Source of the DNA: an uncultured bacterium
GTDB taxonomy: Bacteria; Desulfobacterota_D; UBA1144; Nemesobacterales; UBA2774
Reading direction: 5' to 3'
DNA length: 64,000 bases
NCBI GenBank assembly: GCA_963825135.1
Contig: CAWGRW010000009.1
Coordinates: 160,001-224,000 of the forward strand
The notes under the pieces are model-generated. The model did no database searches. It had not been told where the DNA came from and saw only the letters and a list, made by a program, of their open reading frames with translations. The translations under genes were made by a program, and so were the position numbers. Positions 41,906 to 51,812 of this stretch are shown piece after piece. Numbering within the stretch: the stretch's first letter is position 1; every line of letters begins with the position of its first letter.

Positions 41906-43543
41906 TCAGGCCCTGCGGCGGGACTCCGTCTCCTCGCGGAGGAGGTCGGTCAGGCGCGCTAAATCGTCGTCCGCGCAGTCTCCCATGAGCGCAATCTGTA
42001 TCCAGTTCCTTTCGAGGAGGTAACCGCTCCTCCAGTGGAGGTAATAGCCCGCTCGTTCGAGCTTCGCTCCCAGGACACGGGAGCTGAGCTTTTCGGGAAG
42101 CGGGATTGTGATAATCGCCGGGGACTCGCGCCCTTCTCCGGCAATGGGCGTCAATTCCGACTTTGCGAGCCATCCCCTGACGAGCCCGGACAGTCTCCGG
42201 ATGCGAGCGTACCTCTCCTCGGCGCGAAAATTTTCGAGGGAAGCCCCAAGCGCGCGGAGGAGGTTCGAAGAGAGCGTAAACGGGGTGCCGGGCGACTCCG
42301 CGTACAGGCCGAGGTCGAGATAACGGGGCAGCCTGTCCGGCCGGGGAGCGATCTCACGGTTATAGAAAACGAACGAGAGTCCGGGATAGGACCTTAGCCC
42401 CTTCCCGCTCACCCCCGTCGCGAGATAGACGCCGGAGAGGTCAAGAGGCACGGTGCCGAGGGAGCTTATGCAGTCAAGGCAGAGGTCAACGCCCCGTGCC
42501 GCGCATATCTCGCCGAGCATGCGAGCGTCGTTCAGCACCCCGGTAGAGGTCTCCGAATGCACCGCCCAGAGCCACGCCGTCCCCGGACCGCGCGAAAGCG
42601 CGTCCTCGATCTCCCGCCGCTCAAAGCATTCCCCCCACTCCTTCCCGAGCGTCTCGAAGGAGAGCCCCCACCTCCGGGCGTGGTCTATCAGGCGCTCCCC
42701 GAACTCCCCGTTAGAGAGAATGAGCCCCTTCCCTCCCGCGAGCGAGAGCTGACCCGAAAGGGCGTCGTTCGCGAGCGTCCCCGACCCCATCAGCAGAGCA
42801 GCGTGTTTCGCCCCCGTAATGTCCGAGAGGAGGCGCTTCACCCGGTCGAGCTCCCCCGCGAATTCCCTAGTGCGGTGCGATACGGGCGCCCCCGAGAAAG
42901 CCTCTTCCGCTTCCGCACAAACGTCCACGGGCCCCGGCAGCAGGTTCACGTGCTTTCCCCCGGCCGGAGCTCCGCTGTCCATCCTCGAAAGGAGCTTCGA
43001 GCGCCCCTTCATACCGTAATAGGAATCAGGCGTGAGGTACATGGGCTGGTACCTGGCCCCTTCCCCTCCCACCTCCGGGCCGAACGGCGCGAACCCGAGG
43101 TTCCTGTAGAGCTTCTCCTGCGTCACGTTGGCCGATATGATGGCGAGGTCGTATTTTTTCTCCTCGCAATAGGCGGCGAGGCTCGTGAAGAGTCCGAGCA
43201 GCACCTTCCGGTAGCGGCGCTCCCTCTTCACGCTGAGGAGCCTCAACTCGCATAGCGAGCGCGCCCGGGGGAGGTATGAATCGAGACCCGGGACCTTCCG
43301 GTCGAGAGAGAACGGCCGCCTGTCCCTGACTGCGAGCATCCCGACCAGATCCCCGCCGTCGAGGCAGATTATATATGTGTTCTCCTCGTGGAATTTATCG
43401 ACGAGCCTCCTCTCCTCGTTCCCTCTGTGCTGGGGAATCTCCTCTACGAAGGTCTCGTAGTTGAGCCTGTGTATCTGCTCGAACTCACGGTCGAGGGAGG
43501 CGATCTTGTAGAGAAGGCCGCCGTTCATGGTGTTCAGGTTCAT
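41906..43543 (-). CDS. GNAT-like domain fused to class V PLP aminotransferase
   Basis: N-terminal ELRLLSV and LYRNLGF.PFG; C-terminal LLPGPV, GSGT, HSETSTG, DCISS.G, SGKGL (PLP Lys). Confidence 0.8.
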   Translation of the reverse strand: MNLNTMNGGLLYKIASLDREFEQIHRLNYETFVEEIPQHRGNEERRLVDKFHEENTYIICLDGGDLVGMLAVRDRRPFSLDRKVPGLDSYLPRARSLCELRLLSVKRERRYRKVLLGLFTSLAAYCEEKKYDLAIISANVTQEKLYRNLGFAPFGPEVGGEGARYQPMYLTPDSYYGMKGRSKLLSRMDSGAPAGGKHVNLLPGPVDVCAEAEEAFSGAPVSHRTREFAGELDRVKRLLSDITGAKHAALLMGSGTLANDALSGQLSLAGGKGLILSNGEFGERLIDHARRWGLSFETLGKEWGECFERREIEDALSRGPGTAWLWAVHSETSTGVLNDARMLGEICAARGVDLCLDCISSLGTVPLDLSGVYLATGVSGKGLRSYPGLSFVFYNREIAPRPDRLPRYLDLGLYAESPGTPFTLSSNLLRALGASLENFRAEERYARIRRLSGLVRGWLAKSELTPIAGEGRESPAIITIPLPEKLSSRVLGAKLERAGYYLHWRSGYLLERNWIQIALMGDCADDDLARLTDLLREETESRRRA

Positions 43544-43590
43544 AGCGATTGAGTGCCGACAGGAATAAAATTATAGCCGATACCGTGCGC

Positions 43591-44010
43591 TCATTCGAGG
43601 AACCTGCTCTTTATATCGGGTGACGGTATCATGCACTCGTCTTTTTTACCGTACCATTTGTACCTGTTCCGGGCTATGTAATCGTAAACGGCGTCCCTCA
43701 AGGGAGCGGGCACGACGATAAACGCGTAGAGGAGCGTGTGGAGGCCGCCCAGGAGCTTCTGCACCCTGAGCCCGGCCTCGGATTTGGTATAGAGCTTCCC
43801 GCCATCGATCAATACGAACGAATCGAGGCTGTCGGCGGGATAGTTAAATTTTCCCAGGATTCTTTTTGCGGCTTCCGACTGGAAGGGTGCGAACCTGAAC
43901 AGGCTGCGCGGGTCTCTTCTGATGATGAGGTTGACCGTACCGCAGCAGTAATTACATACGCCGTCGAAGATTATCAGAGGATGGTCTATATCTTTACCGT
44001 TCACCGGCAC
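43591..44010 (-). CDS. DCC1-like thiol-disulfide oxidoreductase (DUF393)
   Basis: FDGVCNYC, FAPFQS, RDAVYD.IA.NRY.W.G...C. Confidence 0.88.
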   Translation of the reverse strand: MPVNGKDIDHPLIIFDGVCNYCCGTVNLIIRRDPRSLFRFAPFQSEAAKRILGKFNYPADSLDSFVLIDGGKLYTKSEAGLRVQKLLGGLHTLLYAFIVVPAPLRDAVYDYIARNRYKWYGKKDECMIPSPDIKSRFLE

Positions 44011-44043
44011 CTTCTTTCGAGAGCCATTAATCGTCCGGAGCCC

Positions 44044-44616
44044 GGACTTACTGTTTTTTCTCTTCGGGCTTCTCGGCGTTCTTTTTCACGGGCAGCACTA
44101 TATACCAGCTCCTTATTATATTGAGTGATTGTGTTCACCATGACACCGACCTTGGCCTTCGTTTTGGTCTCCACTCCCTTGTCGTCTTTCTTTGATGATC
44201 TCCACCTCCGTCACGAGCACGAGAAGGTCGATCGGCGCAACGGGGAAATAGAGTCTTGTCCCCCCTGGAGAATGTCTGCGGGCTTTATCGTATTCCGCAC
44301 ACTTCTTCTATAGGCTGTACTACGAATTCTGTGTTCTTGGGAATCTTTAGGGTAAGGAGATTGTCGATTATGTTGTCCAAGGCTCCCTGGACTGCTCATT
44401 CTCCATAAAGGCGATGACTTCCGGGTGGATGAGGGATTTGATCCCGTCCTTGTTCTGAGTCTTTATGGATTCGAGCACTTTGTTTCCGAGGGCCTCGGGC
44501 GAGCTCGCCCCGCCCTCCGCCCATGCAGTAGTGACGGGCGACGTCAGCATGGCCGCCGCAATGATAATGAGCGCGGCCGCGAAAGAAATTCTGGTATTCA
44601 AATTCTGCCTCCGCAA
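44044..44616 (-). pseudogene. Broken secreted hypothetical protein (several frameshifts and a random-looking ~100-nt interruption)
   Basis: Signal peptide ending AWA; downstream coding-like fragments (RLYFPVAPIDLLVLV, KDDKGVETKTK, WYIVLP) lie in different frames. Confidence 0.5.
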
Positions 44617-44663
44617 AAAATTATTTTTCGTATTAACAGAGTACCGTCATGAAAGAGGCTTCG

Positions 44664-45404
44664 TCACTGCCTCAACTTCGTGAGGAGCCTCAGGAATTCG
44701 ATGTAAAGCCATATGAGAGTCACCATGAGCCCGAACGCGCCGTACCATTCCATGTACCCGGGCGCTCCCTGCTTCGCTCCCTGCTCTATGAAATCGAAAT
44801 CGAGGACGAGGTTGAGCGCGGCTATAACCACGACGAAAAGGCTGAACAATATACCGAACGTGCCGCCCGAGTATATAAAAGGCACCTTGACGCCGAAAAA
44901 CCCGATGACCATCGACACCAGATAGACGACGAATATAGCGCCCGTCGCCGCGACGACTCCGAGCCTGAATTTCTCCGTTACCTTGATGAGTCCCGACCTG
45001 TAAGCGACAAGGAGAGAGAAGAGCGTGCCGAAAGTGAGCGCGACTGCCTGAAACACTATGCCCTTCAGCTGGGACTCCGCGTAGGCCGAGATGCCGCCTA
45101 TCACGAGCCCCTCCAGTATGGCGTACGCCGGGGCGGTGTACGGCGCCCATGTCTTCTTGAATATCGTAATCATGGCGAACACGAGCCCGCCGATAAGCCC
45201 GCCGTAGAGCCAGGGCGTTACCGACTGCATCCCTGACTTCGCGAACATGTCCCAGACCCATAGGGCCGGGACTACGACTAGGACGAGGAGCACTAGAGTC
45301 TTGTTTATAGTGCCGTTGATCGTCATCTGCCCGGTGCCCGTAATATCCGGAGCGAGCCTGCCGAACGTCTTTTCCGCGAACGCGGGATTGGAACTCTTAA
45401 GCAT
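44664..45404 (-). CDS. Bax inhibitor-1/YccA-like membrane protein
   Basis: SSNP, YA..EG, NL.LDFD.IE, EWY.AFGL.VTL.WLY.E.LRL. Confidence 0.85.
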   Translation of the reverse strand: MLKSSNPAFAEKTFGRLAPDITGTGQMTINGTINKTLVLLVLVVVPALWVWDMFAKSGMQSVTPWLYGGLIGGLVFAMITIFKKTWAPYTAPAYAILEGLVIGGISAYAESQLKGIVFQAVALTFGTLFSLLVAYRSGLIKVTEKFRLGVVAATGAIFVVYLVSMVIGFFGVKVPFIYSGGTFGILFSLFVVVIAALNLVLDFDFIEQGAKQGAPGYMEWYGAFGLMVTLIWLYIEFLRLLTKLRQ

Positions 45405-45734
45405 TTATCTGTTTCCTCCGGTACCGGGTGAGAATATTAACCCGAGTCTGGAAATAGTATATCATCCGCGCGCCGAATTGGCACTCCGCTGACGCGCGCC
45501 GAACGGTTGAAATTCGAATTTATTTCATTGGCACGGGCCGTTTGCCGGAGGATTCAGGCGATTTATCTCTTTCTGTATACCGGGAATTTGAGACGAATTT
45601 TGTCATCCGCGACAATGTTTGCCAATCCAGGTCTCCGCAAACCGTCACCGGATGATTTATATTCAATCTCGGATGATAGTTACGTATAGCCGTAGTGACA
45701 CATTACTTGCACATTTCAAAAATGCGCTAATATT

Positions 45735-46415
45735 ATGCCGAATAAGACAAACGGAGCCGGAGATGGATCGATGAGCGGAGCGAGTGTATTGATAGTAGAG
45801 GACAGCGAGGATTTCTCGGCGTTCTTAAGGGAGCTGCTAATAGCGTCTGGCTATAACGTCCTCCCGGTGCTGTCGTCGGGAGAGGACGCTCTCAGGACGG
45901 CCGGTCTGTCGAGACCCGATATAGTCCTCATTGACGTCGGCATAGGCGGTTCACTCGACGGCATAGAATCGGGCGGGAGAATAATGGAGAATTTCGGCAT
46001 ACCCGTGATTTTCCTTTCGGGATATACGGACGAGGTCGCTCTCGAAAGGGCCAAGACCAAAAAGCCCTCCGGTTATCTGGTCAAGCCCTTCAACAAGGCG
46101 GAGCTCAGGGCGGCGATAGAGATCGCGCTCTACAGACACCGGGCCGAAGCGGGCGAGCCGGACGCTTCTCCGAAGCCCTCCGGGCCGAACGGAGCCGCTG
46201 CCGATTGCGCTCCGGATGCAAAAGAGCTGAAAGAACTGAAGGCCGAGGTCTTGAGGCTCAGGACGGAGAACTCCGGGTACAGAAAGATAATAGATTCGCT
46301 TAACAGGAGCCTCAACCGGACGCAGGGGAACGAGGAGATTATCTTTCTCATCAACGAAGGGTCCGCCCCCCCTGAAAATAAATCCGCCCCCGCAATCGAA
46401 TTCGAGAACGAGTAA
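45735..46415 (+). CDS. Response regulator (REC + coiled-coil tail)
   Basis: LIVEDS, PDIVLID, PVIFLSG, YLVKPF; no DNA-binding domain seen. Confidence 0.82.
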   Translation: MPNKTNGAGDGSMSGASVLIVEDSEDFSAFLRELLIASGYNVLPVLSSGEDALRTAGLSRPDIVLIDVGIGGSLDGIESGGRIMENFGIPVIFLSGYTDEVALERAKTKKPSGYLVKPFNKAELRAAIEIALYRHRAEAGEPDASPKPSGPNGAAADCAPDAKELKELKAEVLRLRTENSGYRKIIDSLNRSLNRTQGNEEIIFLINEGSAPPENKSAPAIEFENE

Positions 46416-46473
46416 TCAAAGAGCGCCTTACGATACCGGTCAGGGGATCGTCCGGGTGAGTGCCGGGCCGCAG

Positions 46474-47394
46474 CTAGAGAGCGCCGTCGTAAAGCCTGCC
46501 CTGATATGTAGCCCTCTTTTCGAGCTCCGCTTCTATGCCGCCTATCACCTCGATATGCGACCTGTCCCATCCGGGGGCGATGAGCAGGCTCCTGGGCGTG
46601 TCCGTGAAAAAACGCTCGACGATTATATCAGGCGATAGTCTTTCCAGAAAACTCACGATGAAATCGAGATACTCCTCGTAGCCGAAGAGCTCAAACGGCC
46701 TCTCCCCGTACATCCTGGCAAGCGGCGTGTTCTTTACTATGTGCAGGTTATGGATCTTGAGGCAGTCTACGCCGAGCGCCGACACCTCGCCCGCCATGGC
46801 GAGCATCTCTTCCCGGGTCTCCGTAGGCATGCCGAGTATGATGTGCGCGCCCAGCTCGAACCCCCTCCCCCTCGACATCTCGAAGGCGCGCAGAACCGAG
46901 CCATAATCGTGACCCCTGTTCATGAATTCGAGCGACTTGTCGTAAACGGACTCTATGCCGTATTCGAGAGAGACGTAGCACTCTTTCGCGAGCCTCTCGA
47001 AGATGCCTATCTTCTCCTCGTCGATACAGTCGGACCTCGTGCCCACGGCTATGCCGACGACGCCGTCATAAGAGAGCGCCTCCCTGTACATCTCTTCGAG
47101 CTTCCCGGCGTCGTCGTATGTGTTCGTGTAGGCCTGGAAATAGACTATGAACTTCTCGGCCTTGAACCTCTTCCTGATATAGTCCATGCCGTCCTTCAGC
47201 TGATCGCGCATGGAATAACGGGCGCGGGCGTAGGGAGGGACGAAGCTGTCGTTGTTGCAGTAAACGCAGCCCCCCCGGGCGAGCGACCCGTCCCTGTTCG
47301 GGCAAGTGAACCCCATATCGACCGAGACCTTGTTGACCCGGCACCCGAACCTTTCCTTCAGGTGATCGTGGTACGAGTTATAGCGCCTTTTCAT
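46474..47394 (-). CDS. TIGR01212/YhcC-family radical SAM protein
   Basis: FTCPNRDG...GGCVYC, YFQAYTNTY, GTR.DC, H.I.G.P.E, KIH.LH. Confidence 0.9.
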   Translation of the reverse strand: MKRRYNSYHDHLKERFGCRVNKVSVDMGFTCPNRDGSLARGGCVYCNNDSFVPPYARARYSMRDQLKDGMDYIRKRFKAEKFIVYFQAYTNTYDDAGKLEEMYREALSYDGVVGIAVGTRSDCIDEEKIGIFERLAKECYVSLEYGIESVYDKSLEFMNRGHDYGSVLRAFEMSRGRGFELGAHIILGMPTETREEMLAMAGEVSALGVDCLKIHNLHIVKNTPLARMYGERPFELFGYEEYLDFIVSFLERLSPDIIVERFFTDTPRSLLIAPGWDRSHIEVIGGIEAELEKRATYQGRLYDGAL

Positions 47395-47597
47395 AATTTC
47401 CTCCGGATATTATACAGGGTGCGGGGGGTAAGAGAACGAATTAGTCGATACGTGCACCGAATGTAGCCCGGAAGGAGTACGAGGGGACACCGGTTAGGGG
47501 AATTGCAAGGGGAGCAGGCTCAACCAATATCCCGATAGCATATACCCTTTGGCAATTTGCTGGAAGGCAATACAAAAAGCTGATCGAGAAGAAAAAC

Positions 47598-48422
47598 CTA
47601 GACTTTGTTACTCAGAATGTATTCCCAATCTTCGATTAGATTCTTACCTCTCTGATCTAACAATTTTTCCTGATCGGGCATAATCTTCACAAAATCTCTA
47701 ACAGCATGGCAAATGTATGCAGTACATACGTCTAACAAAGTTTTAATGATTGCCAGAGATTCATCTTCACCCCCACGAAATAAAGATAATTGACTATATG
47801 CGTAAGGAGTGGCATGGGCGTAAGCCGATAGATATTTATATCGTGAATTGTAATAATCGGGATCAATCCCTGCCCTTTTCGACAACTCGGGGTTTTTATG
47901 AAGTATTCCCATTTCCCCTCTACGTATTTTCTTCTTAATCGATGATTCTAACGATTCGTAAAACCTATGGGTGATTACCGAGTCTTTTAGTATTTCCACG
48001 TCCTTTGTAAGCTGAGATACAACTGGGTTAGTTGATTTCATAATTCGGAGCATATCAAGTCTTTCCTTTTCTCCGTGATACTTCCACAAACGATGTCGAA
48101 ACTCCAATTCTTCATCACCAACATTATCAACACCTAGATAAAAAAACACATAGTAAGTTTCTATTAGTGTTCTAATAAGAACTGCAATTGAAGAGATGTC
48201 CCAAGTGGAGATTACATATCGCTCTTTGATCTCCAAATCCGGCAATAATTGCAATATAGCTTGAGCATGTAAACACAATTTTCCAAAAATATATGAGCAG
48301 TACTCCTGACGCCAGTTATTTGCCTCACGTTCATGAGCATCAACTGATATATTCCAAGCAATAGCTGTGATATATTCAAGATCATCTGCTGCCTCTAAAA
48401 ATTTCTTAGTATTTTCGGTCAT
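47598..48422 (-). CDS. AT-rich hypothetical protein, DUF5677/HEPN-like
   Basis: R.LIE and Y..LS...H motifs, helical composition, low GC. Confidence 0.55.
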   Translation of the reverse strand: MTENTKKFLEAADDLEYITAIAWNISVDAHEREANNWRQEYCSYIFGKLCLHAQAILQLLPDLEIKERYVISTWDISSIAVLIRTLIETYYVFFYLGVDNVGDEELEFRHRLWKYHGEKERLDMLRIMKSTNPVVSQLTKDVEILKDSVITHRFYESLESSIKKKIRRGEMGILHKNPELSKRAGIDPDYYNSRYKYLSAYAHATPYAYSQLSLFRGGEDESLAIIKTLLDVCTAYICHAVRDFVKIMPDQEKLLDQRGKNLIEDWEYILSNKV

Positions 48423-48619
48423 TGATTTAACTTATTCAAATCGCTACAAAATTTCAATTTCTTGCTCTTGTTTTGAACTATCTAATTACAGTACAAGAAG
48501 CTCCCAAATGTATGATGAGCTAACACCGATCATATTTAAACATACTTTCGTATGATATATTACGTATGCGTATAATGTATACATTACAGATTTAATATTA
48601 CATCGGGCGGGAATGTAAT

Positions 48620-49264
48620 ATGAGTACAGAGCTAGAAAAACTTCAAGAAATAAGGTTTCGAATTCTTGAATATCTTTATAAAAAGTCCGAAGCTGATACT
48701 TTTCACTACATAGATTGGAGAGCATTAGTAGGCGATTTAATTGCTAGTAACCTAGAATTTAAAGAGATAGAAATTCGAAGATCGTTTGATTATTTAGTGG
48801 GAGAATATTTAGCAGAGAGAAAAACCATGGGCTCAGTAGGGATAACCCACTATGGAATCAAAGAATATGAAGATGCAATTAAACACCCGGATCAGGAAAC
48901 AACTTATTTCCCACCTTTGAATATACTTTATGTGCAACACATGGAACATTCACAAATACAGCAAGGAAATATTCAAAGTTCCATGTCTCAAAGTATAGTC
49001 ATAGAAAATAAAAATGAAATCGAACAGTTCATCAAATTATTAAAAGAACGCCAAGAAGAGCTAGGATTAGAGAGAAGAACTGAAACCGACCTTAATGCAG
49101 ATATTTCCACAATTGAAGCCCAACTCAAATCAAGCCGACCTAAGACTAATATCTTAAAAGAATCTATATCATCCATTAAGAGTATTTTAGAAGGTACAGC
49201 AGGATCTATTATAGCTGTTGAGCTATTAAAATATATACCGCCAATTTTGGAAAAATTAGGATAG
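48620..49264 (+). CDS. AT-rich hypothetical protein, possible N-terminal winged helix
   Basis: IL..LY, YL..E, IT..GI pattern; QIQQG linker; helical C-terminus. Confidence 0.55.
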   Translation: MSTELEKLQEIRFRILEYLYKKSEADTFHYIDWRALVGDLIASNLEFKEIEIRRSFDYLVGEYLAERKTMGSVGITHYGIKEYEDAIKHPDQETTYFPPLNILYVQHMEHSQIQQGNIQSSMSQSIVIENKNEIEQFIKLLKERQEELGLERRTETDLNADISTIEAQLKSSRPKTNILKESISSIKSILEGTAGSIIAVELLKYIPPILEKLG

Positions 49265-49273
49265 CCCAATCTT

Positions 49274-49396
49274 TCCGCCATTCCGCCATGTCCGCAGGGG
49301 TATATAGGTGGCGGAGTGGCGGAAACTGACAGGAATATTATTGAGGTACACCCTCACCCTTCACCCTCTCCCCTCCAATAGAGGGAGAGGGAATTA
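49274..49396. repeat. Composite palindromic repeat, left of the IPTL-CTERM gene
   Basis: TCCGCCA..GGCGGAGTGGCGGAAACTGA..AATATTA..CCCTCACCCT..CCCTCTCCC..GGGAGAGGG; direct copy at 50046-50160. Confidence 0.8.
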
Positions 49397-49398
49397 AC

Positions 49399-49425
49399 AA
49401 AAAAAGGGAGCCGAAGCTCCCTTTT
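49399..49425 (-). terminator. Rho-independent terminator (probably bidirectional)
   Basis: A7-GGGAGC-CGAA-GCTCCC-T4 between convergent genes. Confidence 0.8.
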
Positions 49426-49455
49426 CTCTGCACTGCGTTATTTTTCTAAACTCAG

Positions 49456-49926
49456 TTACGCCGCCGCTTTCTTCCTGCGCGCGGTTACGAGCAACCCGAT
49501 TATCCCCAACCCGACAGCCGTCGCTATCATGCCCCATTCGCTTATTGTAGGTATGGGATTGATTACTTTAAGGTCGCATCTTCGGATCAAGCCGGTTCTG
49601 CATACCTCGGCTTCCTGCGCGGTAATGTTCATCCCTTCAGATTGACCCATAAAAGATATCCCACAGCCAATGCTACTTGGAACATTTTGTACTGAATAAG
49701 CCGCATCAACTTCTGAAATAATTCGAGCTACACCTGAAGTTAAATCGAATCTGACGCCTTCGCCGAGTTCCCCGCCGGGACAGAGAAGCTCAATAATATC
49801 ATTTCCACTAGTCCCGTTCGGCAATTCATGAGTATCACAAGGACAAGAAGGTATTTGCGCATAGGCATACGGAGTTAAAAACAGGAAAGCTAATAATATT
49901 AGCGGTTTAATACCCTTCATTATCAC
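49456..49926 (-). CDS. Secreted protein with IPTL-CTERM sorting domain
   Basis: Signal peptide (AYA), Cys-rich body, C-terminal IPTISEWG-TM-RRKK. Confidence 0.85.
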   Translation of the reverse strand: MIMKGIKPLILLAFLFLTPYAYAQIPSCPCDTHELPNGTSGNDIIELLCPGGELGEGVRFDLTSGVARIISEVDAAYSVQNVPSSIGCGISFMGQSEGMNITAQEAEVCRTGLIRRCDLKVINPIPTISEWGMIATAVGLGIIGLLVTARRKKAAA

Positions 49927-50045
49927 TCCTCCTTTAATTGGATGGGCATACGAGCATATAAGTTAGGCAGATTATAACCACGAGTAGTTTGTTATGCAAA
50001 CGAGCCAATCTGCAAGGTCATTCAAGGTTATCGAGGCTTTTCTAA

Positions 50046-50160
50046 TCCGCCACTTCGCTACCCCTATACCGCGACGAAGGCGGCGGAGTGGCGGAAACTG
50101 AGGGGAATATTAATGTACCCCCTCACCCTTTCCCTCTCCCACGCTGGGGAGAGGGGATTA
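50046..50160. repeat. Composite palindromic repeat, right of the IPTL-CTERM gene
   Basis: Direct homologue of 49274-49396. Confidence 0.8.
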
Positions 50161-50171
50161 TGTGTGCTCGC

Positions 50172-50862
50172 TCACACCATCCCCGCGGAGGGGCAAAGGT
50201 GGCTTACAGCGCATTCCCCGCAGCGGGGCTTGCGCGCGAAGCACACGGTCCTGCCGTGGTCGCCGAGCGAGTTCGAGAAGAACGTCCATTTCTTTCTCGG
50301 GAATCAATTTTTGCAGGTCGAATTCTATTTTTACCGGGTCTGTATTTGAAGTGAGCCCGAGCCTTTTGGAGAGCCTCATGATATGCGTATCCACGATTAT
50401 CCCCGGTATGCCGAAATAATTCCCCAGCACGACGTTGGCCGTCTTCCTGCCCACGCCGGCCAGCTTCGTGAGCTTCTCCATCGAAGCCGGGACCTCCCCG
50501 CCGTACTCCCCGACGAGCGCCTTCGAGCACGCCAGTATCGATTTCGCCTTGGCCCTGAAAAACCCGCAGGAGTGTATCTCGTCCTCGAGCTCCGCCCTGT
50601 CTGCCCGGGCGAAATCGGACGCGGCCGGGTACTTCGCGAAGAGGCCCTTCGTCACCTCGTTCACCCTCTTGTCAGTACATTGTGCGGACAATATGCAGCC
50701 GATCAGCAGTTCCAGCGCGTTTCGGTACTCGAGGTGGCACCCGGCCTCCGGGTACTCCTCCGAAAGTACGCGCAGAATGGCGAGCGCCCTCTTTTTCTTC
50801 TCCGAGGGGTTTTCACCGCCCCTTCCGCCGCCTTTCTTCTTAATCCCTTTTTCAGTCTTCAT
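50172..50862 (-). pseudogene. nth: Endonuclease III with a +1 frameshift near 50290
   Basis: LSAQCTD, GVGRKTA, VDTH; the Fe-S tail HGRTVCFARKPRCGECAVSHLCPS is in the shifted frame. Confidence 0.85.
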
Positions 50863-50868
50863 GAGCAT

Positions 50869-50901
50869 AAAAAAAGGGGACATGCCGCGGGCACATCCCC
50901 T
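50869..50901 (-). terminator. Rho-independent terminator after ferredoxin
   Basis: GGGGATGTGCC-CGC-GGCATGTCCCC-T7 on the minus strand. Confidence 0.7.
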
Positions 50902-50946
50902 ATCGCTTTTTTTTATTCTTGAAATCAGTTCCTGCCCGGGGAGAGC

Positions 50947-51213
50947 TCAGTCCTTCCGTGCAGGCTCGAGCCCTTCCTTGCCTACGAAGAAATCCGCATT
51001 CTTGGGAGTGTATTCACTCCACTTTTCCGGGAGCTCGTCTTCATGGAATATAGCATCCACCGGACAGGGGTCTACGCAGGCGCCGCAGTCGATGCACTCC
51101 TCGGGGTGTATGTAAAGCTGGTCTTCGCCCTCGTATATGCAGTCCACAGGGCATGCTTCCACACAGGCTTTATCCTTGACTCCTATGCAGGGCTCCGCGA
51201 TGATGTACGCCAT
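50947..51213 (-). CDS. Ferredoxin (7Fe, FdxA-like)
   Basis: C.GVKD.AC...CPVDCI, CIDCGAC..CPV; GGAGG RBS. Confidence 0.92.
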   Translation of the reverse strand: MAYIIAEPCIGVKDKACVEACPVDCIYEGEDQLYIHPEECIDCGACVDPCPVDAIFHEDELPEKWSEYTPKNADFFVGKEGLEPARKD

Positions 51214-51338
51214 TCTGAATACCTCCGGGTATTTGTAATGTCTAATATACTTAATGTGCTTTTGGGCCGCAAGGCAGATGCCGGTCGTCAAAATTCCTGA
51301 TGCGAAATGCCGGGTGCATTAGAGCCTTCGGACCGTGC

Positions 51339-51812
51339 TTATTTTTTCTTCTGCCCGGTATCGTCCGCGCTGCCGGCCCCGTCTCCGGGCTTCTCGCCCT
51401 GAATCCCCGCGCCTTTTCCGTCCGCGGGCGCAGTCGACGCCCCGTTCCCCGCAGGGGATTCGGGAGCAGTAGCCTGGCCTGCGGGCGCGGTAACTCCCTC
51501 GGGCGCTTTCTCCACAGGCGCTTTCTGCTCGACCGCGTTCTCGGGCGAGTCGGTAACTACGGACTTGCTCACGTTACTCGCGGCGAAGTATCCGAGCGAC
51601 AGGGAAGTCAGCATGAAGAGTATGGCGAGCCCCCTCGTCACCTTCACGAGGAAAGGGACCGCTCCGCTCGAGCCGAAGATGGAGTCGCTCGTCCCGCCCC
51701 CGAAAATCGAGCCCAGGTCGCCGCTCTTTCCCGGCTGCAGCAATACCACGATGATGAGCAGTATGCTCACGATGATATGGAATATCTTTACGGAAAAAAT
51801 TATTAGTTCCAC
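51339..51812 (-). CDS. secG: Preprotein translocase subunit SecG
   Basis: VLLQPGK..DLG..FGGG; follows tpiA. Confidence 0.92.
   Translation of the reverse strand: MELIIFSVKIFHIIVSILLIIVVLLQPGKSGDLGSIFGGGTSDSIFGSSGAVPFLVKVTRGLAILFMLTSLSLGYFAASNVSKSVVTDSPENAVEQKAPVEKAPEGVTAPAGQATAPESPAGNGASTAPADGKGAGIQGEKPGDGAGSADDTGQKKK

Noticed and set aside
44270..44370. Possible small insertion element in the broken gene
   Set aside because: No terminal repeats or target duplication; flat composition and nearby indels fit a filled assembly gap
49274..50160. Integron attC cassette
   Set aside because: No RYYYAAC/GTTRRRY boundaries recognised and no integrase; the repeats match REP-like families found elsewhere in the window
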